NCBI RefSeq assembly: GCF_044324785.1 | Contig: NZ_CP172127.1 | DNA: 64,000 nucleotides | Reading direction: 5' to 3' (one strand) | From: Escherichia coli | GTDB taxonomy: Bacteria > Pseudomonadota > Gammaproteobacteria > Enterobacterales > Enterobacteriaceae | Shown: positions 9,915 through 18,483 of the stretch, piece after piece | Layout: each line of letters starts with the position of its first letter | Numbering within the stretch: the stretch's first letter is position 1 | Position numbers and translations under genes: made by a program | Notes under the pieces: generated by a model | The model's input: the letters and a program-made list of their open reading frames with translations, nothing else | What the model was told of the DNA's origin: nothing | Databases searched by the model: none

Positions 9915-10952
9915 ATGGTCATCAACTGCGCCTTTATTGGCTTCGGCAAAAGCACCACCCGTTACCATCTGCCGTATGTACTTAACCGCAAGGATAGCTG
10001 GCATGTCGCGCATATTTTTCGCCGCCATGCGAAGCCGGAAGAACAGGCCCCCATTTACTCTCATATCCATTTCACCAGCGATCTCGACGAAGTACTAAAC
10101 GATCCCGATGTTAAGCTGGTTGTGGTCTGCACCCATGCGGACAGCCATTTCGAGTACGCGAAACGCGCGCTGGAAGCCGGGAAAAATGTGCTGGTCGAAA
10201 AACCGTTCACTCCGACGCTTGCGCAGGCGAAAGAGCTGTTTGCTCTGGCGAAAAGTAAAGGGCTGACCGTCACGCCATATCAGAATCGTCGCTTTGATTC
10301 CTGCTTCCTGACAGCGAAAAAAGCGATTGAAAGCGGCAAGCTGGGAGAGATTGTCGAAGTGGAAAGCCATTTTGACTATTACCGCCCGGTGGCAGAAACC
10401 AAACCTGGACTGCCGCAGGATGGCGCGTTTTATGGCCTTGGTGTGCATACGATGGACCAGATTATTTCTCTGTTCGGTCGCCCGGATCACGTCGCTTATG
10501 ACATCCGCAGCCTGCGTAATAAAGCCAATCCTGACGACACCTTTGAAGCGCAGCTGTTTTATGGCGACCTGAAAGCCATCGTCAAAACCAGCCATCTGGT
10601 GAAAATCGATTATCCGAAATTTATCGTTCACGGTAAGAAAGGTTCGTTTATTAAATACGGTATCGACCAGCAGGAAACCAGCCTCAAGGCTAATATTATG
10701 CCGGGCGAACCGGGATTCGCGGCGGATGATTCGGTCGGTGTGCTGGAGTATGTCAATGACGAGGGCGTGACGGTCAGAGAAGAGATAAAGCCGGAGATGG
10801 GCGATTACGGGCGCGTTTATGATGCGTTGTATCAAACCATCACTAACGGTGCGCCAAATTACGTCAAGGAATCTGAAGTTCTTACCAATCTGGAAATCCT
10901 TGAACGAGGATTTGAGCAAGCCTCTCCCTCCACAGTGACTCTCGCGAAGTAA
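9915..10952 (+). CDS. yhhX: Gfo/Idh/MocA family NAD(P)-dependent oxidoreductase
   Basis: 345 aa, N-terminal Rossmann GFGKS, recognisable family. Confidence 0.85.
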   Translation: MVINCAFIGFGKSTTRYHLPYVLNRKDSWHVAHIFRRHAKPEEQAPIYSHIHFTSDLDEVLNDPDVKLVVVCTHADSHFEYAKRALEAGKNVLVEKPFTPTLAQAKELFALAKSKGLTVTPYQNRRFDSCFLTAKKAIESGKLGEIVEVESHFDYYRPVAETKPGLPQDGAFYGLGVHTMDQIISLFGRPDHVAYDIRSLRNKANPDDTFEAQLFYGDLKAIVKTSHLVKIDYPKFIVHGKKGSFIKYGIDQQETSLKANIMPGEPGFAADDSVGVLEYVNDEGVTVREEIKPEMGDYGRVYDALYQTITNGAPNYVKESEVLTNLEILERGFEQASPSTVTLAK

Positions 10953-11074
10953 GTTTGATGGCCCCTCGAATAGTTCAATTTTTTTGAACAGAGGGGTCAA
11001 TTTTCACCCTCTATCATCCCAGGCAGATCGGGTCCACACTAAGCCCATCGAAATCATTCAGGGGGCGAATACAA

Positions 11075-11770
11075 ATGATCTACTTACGCAAAGCAAATGA
11101 ACGTGGTCATGCAAATCATGGCTGGCTGGACTCCTGGCATACTTTCTCTTTTGCCAACTATTACGATCCGAACTTTATGGGCTTCTCCGCGCTGCGCGTG
11201 ATTAACGACGACGTGATTGAAGCAGGGCAGGGCTTCGGCACTCACCCGCATAAAGATATGGAAATTTTGACCTACGTGCTGGAAGGTACTGTTGAGCATC
11301 AGGACAGCATGGGCAATAAAGAGCAGGTTCCGGCGGGTGAGTTCCAGATTATGAGTGCGGGTACGGGTATTCGTCACTCAGAGTACAACCCAAGCAGCAC
11401 CGAGCGTCTGCATCTGTATCAAATCTGGATCATGCCGGAAGAAAACGGTATTACGCCGCGTTATGAACAGCGTCGCTTCGATGCCGTACAGGGCAAACAG
11501 CTGGTGCTCTCGCCGGATGCGCGAGATGGTTCGCTGAAAGTGCACCAGGATATGGAACTGTATCGTTGGGCATTGCTGAAAGATGAGCAGTCGGTGCATC
11601 AGATTGCCGCTGAACGCCGCGTCTGGATCCAGGTGGTGAAAGGCAATGTCACCATTAACGGCGTGAAAGCCTCGACCAGCGATGGTCTGGCAATCTGGGA
11701 TGAGCAGGCAATCTCCATTCATGCGGATAGCGACAGCGAAGTGTTACTGTTCGATCTGCCGCCGGTTTAA
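11075..11770 (+). CDS. yhhW: pirin-like cupin (quercetin 2,3-dioxygenase)
   Basis: 231 aa, cupin metal ligands HPHKDME, HSEYN. Confidence 0.85.
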   Translation: MIYLRKANERGHANHGWLDSWHTFSFANYYDPNFMGFSALRVINDDVIEAGQGFGTHPHKDMEILTYVLEGTVEHQDSMGNKEQVPAGEFQIMSAGTGIRHSEYNPSSTERLHLYQIWIMPEENGITPRYEQRRFDAVQGKQLVLSPDARDGSLKVHQDMELYRWALLKDEQSVHQIAAERRVWIQVVKGNVTINGVKASTSDGLAIWDEQAISIHADSDSEVLLFDLPPV

Positions 11771-11787
11771 AACTCAACGGCATCTTT

Positions 11788-11811
11788 GAAGCCTGCCTTT
11801 TTGCAGGCTTC
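11788..11811 (+). terminator. hairpin downstream of yhhW (putative terminator)
   Basis: gaagcctgc-cttttt-gcaggcttc perfect 9-bp stem; no clear T-run after. Confidence 0.4.
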
Positions 11812-11993
11812 CTCGCTCGCTCCGGTCGCGTGCTGATGTACGCTTCCGGGGTTTTGCCGCGTCGTTAGCACAATGCGATGCAATTGATTTAGTGTATATC
11901 TAATAATTGTAAACAAGCACTGTTTTCCCCGGGAAGGTTCTGAGGCGTCCGTGTTAAACTAAGAGAATCTATCTCTTTTGTACCTTCAGGACG

Positions 11994-12989
11994 ATGAAAA
12001 AGAAAAGACCCGTACTTCAGGATGTGGCTGACCGTGTAGGCGTGACCAAAATGACGGTCAGCCGCTTTTTGCGTAACCCGGAGCAGGTTTCCGTCGCTCT
12101 ACGCGGCAAGATTGCCGCCGCTCTTGATGAACTGGGTTATATTCCCAATCGCGCGCCCGATATCCTCTCTAACGCCACCAGCCGGGCGATTGGCGTCCTG
12201 TTACCTTCTCTCACCAACCAGGTTTTCGCGGAAGTATTACGCGGAATCGAAAGCGTCACCGACGCGCACGGTTATCAGACCATGCTGGCCCACTACGGTT
12301 ATAAACCGGAAATGGAGCAAGAACGCCTCGAATCAATGCTCTCATGGAATATCGACGGACTGATCCTCACCGAACGTACCCACACGCCGCGCACCTTAAA
12401 GATGATTGAAGTGGCGGGGATTCCGGTGGTGGAACTGATGGACAGCAAGTCGCCGTGCCTCGATATTGCCGTCGGTTTTGATAACTTTGAAGCGGCACGC
12501 CAGATGACCACCGCCATTATTGCTCGCGGGCATCGCCACATTGCCTATCTCGGCGCACGTCTCGACGAACGTACTATCATCAAACAGAAGGGATACGAAC
12601 AGGCGATGCTGGATGCAGGCCTGGTGCCATATAGCGTGATGGTTGAGCAATCTTCTTCTTACTCTTCCGGTATTGAACTGATTCGCCAGGCGCGGCGGGA
12701 ATATCCGCAGCTGGATGGCGTGTTCTGTACTAATGATGACCTGGCGGTCGGCGCGGCGTTTGAATGCCAGCGTCTGGGGTTGAAAGTTCCTGACGATATG
12801 GCGATTGCCGGTTTCCATGGTCATGACATTGGTCAGGTGATGGAACCACGGTTGGCGAGCGTACTGACGCCGCGTGAGCGGATGGGCAGTATTGGCGCTG
12901 AACGCCTGCTGGCGCGTATTCGTGGCGAATCTGTGACACCGAAAATGTTAGATTTAGGTTTCACCTTGTCACCGGGCGGATCTATTTAA
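11994..12989 (+). CDS. gntR: LacI-family gluconate repressor
   Basis: 331 aa, N-terminal HTH VTKMTVSRFL, periplasmic-binding-fold body. Confidence 0.9.
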   Translation: MKKKRPVLQDVADRVGVTKMTVSRFLRNPEQVSVALRGKIAAALDELGYIPNRAPDILSNATSRAIGVLLPSLTNQVFAEVLRGIESVTDAHGYQTMLAHYGYKPEMEQERLESMLSWNIDGLILTERTHTPRTLKMIEVAGIPVVELMDSKSPCLDIAVGFDNFEAARQMTTAIIARGHRHIAYLGARLDERTIIKQKGYEQAMLDAGLVPYSVMVEQSSSYSSGIELIRQARREYPQLDGVFCTNDDLAVGAAFECQRLGLKVPDDMAIAGFHGHDIGQVMEPRLASVLTPRERMGSIGAERLLARIRGESVTPKMLDLGFTLSPGGSI

Positions 12990-13052
12990 GCCCACAAATT
13001 TGAAGTAGCTCACACTTATACACTTAAGGCACGGATGGATATTGCTTCTGAT

Positions 13053-13070
13053 ATTGTCCGGCCGGACAAT
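13053..13070. promoter_or_regulatory. perfect 18-bp palindrome ATTGTCCGGCCGGACAAT upstream of gntK
   Basis: read directly; abuts the GntR operator. Confidence 0.5.
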
Positions 13071-13098
13071 GTTACCGATAACAGTTACCCGTAACATT
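13069..13098 (+). promoter_or_regulatory. GntR operator(s) in gntKU promoter
   Basis: atgttaccgataacagttacccgtaacat; ATGTTACCCGTAACAT-type palindromic half-sites. Confidence 0.65.
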
Positions 13099-13128
13099 TT
13101 TTATTTCTTGTATTGTGGGGGCACCACT

Positions 13129-13656
13129 TTGAGCACGACTAACCATGATCACCACATTTACGTCTTGATGGGCGTATCGGGCAGCGGCAAATCTGCGGTC
13201 GCCAGTGAAGTGGCGCACCAACTTCATGCCGCGTTTCTTGATGGCGATTTCCTCCATCCACGGCGCAATATCGAAAAAATGGCCTCTGGTGAACCGCTGA
13301 ATGACGACGATCGTAAACCGTGGTTGCAGGCGCTGAACGACGCCGCGTTTGCCATGCAGCGTACCAATAAAGTGTCGCTGATCGTCTGTTCTGCACTGAA
13401 AAAACACTATCGCGACCTGCTGCGTGAAGGTAATCCGAATCTTTCTTTCATCTACCTGAAAGGCGATTTTGATGTGATTGAAAGCCGCCTGAAAGCGCGC
13501 AAAGGCCATTTCTTTAAAACCCAAATGTTGGTGACGCAGTTTGAAACGCTGCAGGAGCCGGGTGCGGACGAAACCGATGTACTGGTGGTGGATATCGATC
13601 AACCGCTGGAAGGTGTTGTGGCAAGCACCATTGAGGTTATTAAAAAAGGCAAATAA
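13129..13656 (+). CDS. gntK: thermoresistant gluconokinase
   Basis: 175 aa from (M)STTNHDHHIYVLMGVSGSGKS; P-loop; the codon at the expected start is TTG; the ORF-track ATG 13042 would run through the operator. Confidence 0.8.
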   Translation: MSTTNHDHHIYVLMGVSGSGKSAVASEVAHQLHAAFLDGDFLHPRRNIEKMASGEPLNDDDRKPWLQALNDAAFAMQRTNKVSLIVCSALKKHYRDLLREGNPNLSFIYLKGDFDVIESRLKARKGHFFKTQMLVTQFETLQEPGADETDVLVVDIDQPLEGVVASTIEVIKKGK

Positions 13657-13659
13657 GTA

Positions 13660-15000
13660 GTGACTACATTAACGCTTGTTTTAACAGCAGTAGGGTCTGT
13701 TTTACTGCTGCTGTTTTTAGTCATGAAGGCGCGTATGCACGCTTTCCTGGCTTTGATGGTGGTGTCCATGGGGGCTGGCCTTTTTTCCGGTATGCCGCTC
13801 GATAAAATCGCAGCGACGATGGAAAAAGGGATGGGAGGCACCCTCGGCTTTCTGGCGGTGGTTGTCGCCCTGGGAGCCATGTTTGGCAAGATCTTACATG
13901 AAACCGGCGCAGTCGATCAGATTGCCGTCAAAATGCTCAAATCCTTCGGTCACAGCCGCGCGCATTATGCCATCGGCCTTGCGGGGCTGGTCTGTGCGCT
14001 GCCGTTGTTCTTTGAAGTGGCGATTGTTCTGCTGATTAGCGTTGCTTTCTCAATGGCGCGCCACACCGGTACGAACCTGGTGAAGCTGGTAATCCCATTA
14101 TTCGCAGGCGTGGCGGCAGCGGCTGCGTTCCTGGTGCCGGGGCCTGCGCCAATGCTGCTGGCATCGCAGATGAACGCCGACTTTGGCTGGATGATCCTGA
14201 TTGGCCTGTGTGCGGCAATTCCGGGAATGATTATTGCCGGGCCGCTGTGGGGTAATTTCATCAGCCGCTACGTGGAGTTGCATATTCCTGACGACATCAG
14301 CGAACCACATCTCGGTGAAGGCAAAATGCCGTCCTTCGGATTCAGCCTGTCGCTGATCCTGTTGCCACTGGTGCTGGTGGGGCTGAAAACCATTGCCGCG
14401 CGCTTTGTGCCGGAAGGCTCTACCGCTTACGAATGGTTCGAGTTTATTGGTCATCCGTTTACCGCGATTCTGGTTGCTTGTCTGGTAGCAATTTATGGCC
14501 TGGCAATGCGTCAGGGTATGCCAAAAGACAAAGTGATGGAAATTTGTGGTCACGCGCTGCAACCGGCGGGGATCATTCTGCTGGTGATTGGTGCAGGCGG
14601 CGTGTTCAAACAGGTGCTGGTTGACTCTGGCGTAGGTCCGGCACTGGGCGAAGCGTTAACCGGCATGGGCCTGCCGATTGCCATCACCTGCTTCGTGCTG
14701 GCAGCTGCAGTGCGCATCATTCAGGGTTCTGCCACCGTTGCCTGTTTAACGGCGGTGGGACTGGTGATGCCGGTTATTGAACAACTGAACTATTCCGGAG
14801 CGCAAATGGCGGCGCTGTCGATTTGTATCGCCGGTGGTTCGATTGTTGTCAGCCACGTTAACGACGCCGGTTTCTGGTTGTTCGGTAAATTTACCGGCGC
14901 GACTGAAGCCGAAACACTGAAAACCTGGACCATGATGGAAACCATCCTCGGCACTGTCGGTGCTATCGTTGGGATGATTGCGTTCCAACTGTTGAGTTAA
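13660..15000 (+). CDS. gntU: low-affinity gluconate:H+ symporter
   Basis: 446 aa GntP-family permease; GTG start 3 bp after gntK stop. Confidence 0.88.
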   Translation: MTTLTLVLTAVGSVLLLLFLVMKARMHAFLALMVVSMGAGLFSGMPLDKIAATMEKGMGGTLGFLAVVVALGAMFGKILHETGAVDQIAVKMLKSFGHSRAHYAIGLAGLVCALPLFFEVAIVLLISVAFSMARHTGTNLVKLVIPLFAGVAAAAAFLVPGPAPMLLASQMNADFGWMILIGLCAAIPGMIIAGPLWGNFISRYVELHIPDDISEPHLGEGKMPSFGFSLSLILLPLVLVGLKTIAARFVPEGSTAYEWFEFIGHPFTAILVACLVAIYGLAMRQGMPKDKVMEICGHALQPAGIILLVIGAGGVFKQVLVDSGVGPALGEALTGMGLPIAITCFVLAAAVRIIQGSATVACLTAVGLVMPVIEQLNYSGAQMAALSICIAGGSIVVSHVNDAGFWLFGKFTGATEAETLKTWTMMETILGTVGAIVGMIAFQLLS

Positions 15001-15012
15001 TTACTGCGACAA

Positions 15013-15038
15013 ATTACTGCGAGCTTGCTCGCAGTAAT
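15013..15038 (+). terminator. gntU terminator hairpin
   Basis: attactgcgagc-tt-gctcgcagtaat palindrome followed by T-rich tract; preceded by a direct copy ttactgcga. Confidence 0.6.
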
Positions 15039-15139
15039 TCATTTCTCTTTTCTCCTGTCTTCATCTTTTTGATCTCTCTCGCAAATTTACCTGCTAATAA
15101 TCCGTTCTAATCACTGCCTAAAGATCGCAGGAGATAAAG

Positions 15140-17236
15140 ATGGAAAAGCACGGAGCTGAATTGCTTTTACAGCGGATGTTAGGAAATACCACCGCTACTT
15201 TCAGGGAAGGGCAATGGGAAGCCATAGATGCAGTGGTTAATCAGCGGCGAAAACTGCTGGTTGTACAGCGCACCGGCTGGGGGAAAAGTGCCGTGTACTT
15301 CATCGCCAGTAAAATCTTCCGAGATCGCGGCGCTGGCCCGACAATTATCATCTCTCCTTTGCTTGCCCTGATGCGTAACCAGGTTGCCGCCGCTGAACGG
15401 TTAGGTATTACGGCTGAAACGTTGAATTCTACAAACAGGGAAGAATGGCAGCGCATTAGCGATAAGTTGCTGCAAGGTGAGGTCGATTGCTTGCTGGTTT
15501 CCCCGGAACGATTGGCAAACCAGGACTTTATCGAAACGGTTTTATATCCTATAGCCGATCGTATTGGCTTGCTTGTGGTCGACGAGGCGCACTGCATCTC
15601 TGATTGGGGCCACGATTTTCGCCCGGATTACCGACGTATATTAGATATTTTGCGCCAACTGCCTGCGAATACCCCTGTTCTGGGTACAACCGCGACAGCG
15701 AATAACCGTGTTGTTGAGGATATCCGTCAGCAATTGGGTGACATTGTGATTCAGCGTGGAACGCTGGCTCGCGAAAGTTTGGCGCTTGATGCCTTAGTCT
15801 TAGGAGAACAGTCATCCCGTCTGGCATGGTTAGCAACGGTTATCCCTCAGTTTTCCAAATCGGGAATTGTTTATACCCTGACGACTCGCGATGCTGAACT
15901 TGTCGCCGAGTGGTTAAGGAAAAATGGTATCAGTGCATTTGCTTACTACAGCGGCGTGACTTGTGAAGGCGCGGAAGATTCTAATACTGCCAGGGAATAT
16001 CTGGAGCAGGCACTGCTGGCAAATAAAATCAAAGTGCTGGTCGCGACGACGGCATTAGGTATGGGGTTTGATAAACCTGATTTAGGTTTCGTCATTCATT
16101 ATCAGATGCCGGGGTCTATTGTCGGTTACTACCAACAGGTGGGGCGTGCCGGTCGTGCTATAGATTCCGCAGTTGGCATATTGCTTTGTGGTGGTGAAGA
16201 CCGCGCTATTCATCAATTCTTCCGTGAAAGCGCCTTTCCTGCGGAGGCGCAAATTCATGAAATACTCAACGTACTTAGCGAGAATGACGGTCTTACCCTA
16301 CGAGGCATTGAACAACGGACGAATCTTCGTTATGGGCAAATAGAAAAAGCACTGAAATTATTGGTAGCGGAAAATCCATCGCCTGTGGTGTATACCGAGA
16401 AATTATGGCGCAGAACTATCGTCAGTTTTTCTCCTGATCATGAACGAATTAACCATTTGATGAATCAGAGAAAAAGTGAGCTGGCAGACGTTGAAAGCTA
16501 TATCACGACCAAGGAGTGCAAAATGCAATTTCTGCGCCGTGCACTCGATGAGCCAAGTGCCGAACGTTGTGGTAAATGTAGCAGTTGTCTTCAGCATCCG
16601 TTATTGTCGCCCGACATTGATAGCGGCTTACTCCATGCGGCAAATTTATTTATTAAACACGCTGACCTGCCGTTAAATCTCAATAAACAGGTGGCAGCTG
16701 GGGCTTTTACGCAATACGGATTTAAAGGGAACTTGCCTGCGGGTTTACAAGGATCTACGGGGCGAATCCTTTCTCGTTGGGGAGATTCCGGGTGGGGAAA
16801 GCAGGTAGCACAGGAGAAAAAAACGGGGCGCTTCAGTGATGAGCTGGTAGAAGCATGTGCGGAAATGGTTCGCCAACGCTGGAATCCGCATCCTGAACCA
16901 ACCTGGGTATGCTGCGTTCCTTCATTAAGGCACCTCGACCTGGTTCCTGATTTTGCCCGGCGACTGGCGGCGAAACTTGGCTTACCTTTTATTGATGCCA
17001 TTGAAAAAGTCGTGGACAATCCACCGCAGAAAATGCAGCAAAACCGTTTTCACCAGTGTCAAAATCTCGACGGGGCGTTTGTGATTACCCCTCCTTTGAT
17101 GCCAGGTCCGGCGTTGCTGGTTGACGATATCGTGGATTCTGCATGGACGCTGACAGTTCTGACAGCACTGTTACGCCAGGCAGGTTGCCCGACGGTTTAT
17201 CCTCTTGCCCTTGCTTCTACCTCGGTAAAAAATTGA
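15140..17236 (+). CDS. RecQ-family DNA helicase fused to a C-terminal ComF-like phosphoribosyltransferase (PRTase) domain
   Basis: 698 aa; FREGQ motif 0, Walker A TGWGKS, DEAHCISDWGHDFRPDY, ATTALGMGFDKPD, QQVGRAGR, Cys cluster CK..CGKCSSC; C-terminal ...NLDGAFVIT...ALLVDDIVDSAWT aligns with ComF/GntX PRTase fold; good SD aggag upstream. Confidence 0.85.
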   Translation: MEKHGAELLLQRMLGNTTATFREGQWEAIDAVVNQRRKLLVVQRTGWGKSAVYFIASKIFRDRGAGPTIIISPLLALMRNQVAAAERLGITAETLNSTNREEWQRISDKLLQGEVDCLLVSPERLANQDFIETVLYPIADRIGLLVVDEAHCISDWGHDFRPDYRRILDILRQLPANTPVLGTTATANNRVVEDIRQQLGDIVIQRGTLARESLALDALVLGEQSSRLAWLATVIPQFSKSGIVYTLTTRDAELVAEWLRKNGISAFAYYSGVTCEGAEDSNTAREYLEQALLANKIKVLVATTALGMGFDKPDLGFVIHYQMPGSIVGYYQQVGRAGRAIDSAVGILLCGGEDRAIHQFFRESAFPAEAQIHEILNVLSENDGLTLRGIEQRTNLRYGQIEKALKLLVAENPSPVVYTEKLWRRTIVSFSPDHERINHLMNQRKSELADVESYITTKECKMQFLRRALDEPSAERCGKCSSCLQHPLLSPDIDSGLLHAANLFIKHADLPLNLNKQVAAGAFTQYGFKGNLPAGLQGSTGRILSRWGDSGWGKQVAQEKKTGRFSDELVEACAEMVRQRWNPHPEPTWVCCVPSLRHLDLVPDFARRLAAKLGLPFIDAIEKVVDNPPQKMQQNRFHQCQNLDGAFVITPPLMPGPALLVDDIVDSAWTLTVLTALLRQAGCPTVYPLALASTSVKN

Positions 17237-18438
17237 TGAATCTTTCAGCCAATGCACAAGCGACTCTCCTGCTAACCAGCGATTTTTCTCGCGCGGCGGC
17301 GAGTGAGTATAAACCTCTTAGTAATAGTGAATGGGGGAAGTTTGCATTATGGCTGAAGCACCAACGTATCAGTCCCGCCGATCTTCTGGTACCGCAACCG
17401 CAAGAGAAACTTACAGGCTGGAGCGATCCGCGTATTTCTCAGGAGCGTATTCTTGGCTTGCTGGCGCGTGGTCATAGTCTGGCGTTGGCGGTAGATAAGT
17501 GGCAACGCGCCGGATTATGGATCTTAACCCGCGGAGATGCCGATTATCCCGTTCGCTTGAAAAACCGATTGCGAACGGATGCTCCTCCCGTTTTATTTGG
17601 CTGCGGGAATAAAGCATTATTGCAAGCGGAAGGTATGGCGATTGTTGGCTCGCGAGATGCTCCGACTGACGATTTGCGCTATACCCAACAACTGGCAGCG
17701 AAACTGGCCCAACAGGGGATTTGCGTTATCTCTGGTGGTGCGCGAGGTATTGATGAATGTGCAATGGCGTCGGCACTGGAGGCCGGGGGAACTGCCGTTG
17801 GCGTATTAGCTGATAGCTTGTTAAAAACGAGCACGTTAGTGAAATGGCGTGAAGGGCTTATAGCAGGCAACCTGGTGTTGATTTCACCGTTTTACCCAGA
17901 GGTACGTTTCACTGTCGGCAATGCGATGGCGCGGAATAAATATATTTATTGCCTTGCTGAAAGCGCAATGGTTGTACGTGCGGGAATGACCGGTGGAACG
18001 ATAACCGGAGCGATGGAGGCGTTAAAACATCAGTGGCTGCCTGTTCTGGTTAAACCAAATCAGGATGTGCAATCAGCCAATTCACGATTAGTAGAAAATG
18101 GGGCGTCATGGAGTGCTGAACAGGCTGAGAATGTGACGATCAGACTGCCAGATGTTCCTGGGCTGATGTATGACAGAGCACTCCGTAACGCTCAACCAGA
18201 ATTGTTTTCGCTGCTCGAAGATGACGCAAATTACGCAGTAATGCCCGCGCATACCCCTGTCGATTTTTATCAACTCTTTGTGGCGGAACTGGCGATCCTT
18301 GCAAAGGAATCGATAAGTATTGAAAGGCTGGCGTCTTGTACTGGTTTAACCATCGAACAAATTAGTGTGTGGCTGAACCGCGCAGAAGAAGAGGGAAGGG
18401 TTATCCGATTGGGCGAAGGTCATTATCAGTTCAGGTAA
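17236..18438 (+). CDS. DprA/Smf-like DNA-processing protein paralogue
   Basis: 400 aa from MNLSANAQ; YPVRLKNRLRTDAPPVLFGCGN, IVGSRDAPTDDLRYTQQLAAKLAQQGICVISGGARGIDECAMASALEAGG Rossmann DprA core, C-terminal winged-helix-like tail; start shares 1 nt with the helicase stop (TGATG). Confidence 0.8.
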   Translation: MNLSANAQATLLLTSDFSRAAASEYKPLSNSEWGKFALWLKHQRISPADLLVPQPQEKLTGWSDPRISQERILGLLARGHSLALAVDKWQRAGLWILTRGDADYPVRLKNRLRTDAPPVLFGCGNKALLQAEGMAIVGSRDAPTDDLRYTQQLAAKLAQQGICVISGGARGIDECAMASALEAGGTAVGVLADSLLKTSTLVKWREGLIAGNLVLISPFYPEVRFTVGNAMARNKYIYCLAESAMVVRAGMTGGTITGAMEALKHQWLPVLVKPNQDVQSANSRLVENGASWSAEQAENVTIRLPDVPGLMYDRALRNAQPELFSLLEDDANYAVMPAHTPVDFYQLFVAELAILAKESISIERLASCTGLTIEQISVWLNRAEEEGRVIRLGEGHYQFR

Positions 18439-18440
18439 TA

Positions 18441-18478
18441 AAACAGGTGCCGCGTCTGGTTGTGTGCAGCACCTGTTT
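18441..18478 (-). terminator. yhgN terminator hairpin
   Basis: aaacaggtgc ... gcacctgttt 10-bp inverted repeat, T-run on minus strand. Confidence 0.55.
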
Positions 18479-18483
18479 GAACC

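Noticed and set aside
10095-11000. 301-aa minus-strand ORF antisense to yhhX
   Set aside because: Fully embedded antisense to a well-recognised oxidoreductase gene; a long antisense open frame of the kind that arises by chance, with no independent start context.
17143-17235. Alternative upstream start for the DprA-like gene (431-aa version)
   Set aside because: Would overlap the helicase-PRTase 3' end by 94 nt in another frame, with no SD; the ATG at 17236 gives the classic stop-start overlap and a DprA-like N-terminus. Not excluded experimentally.
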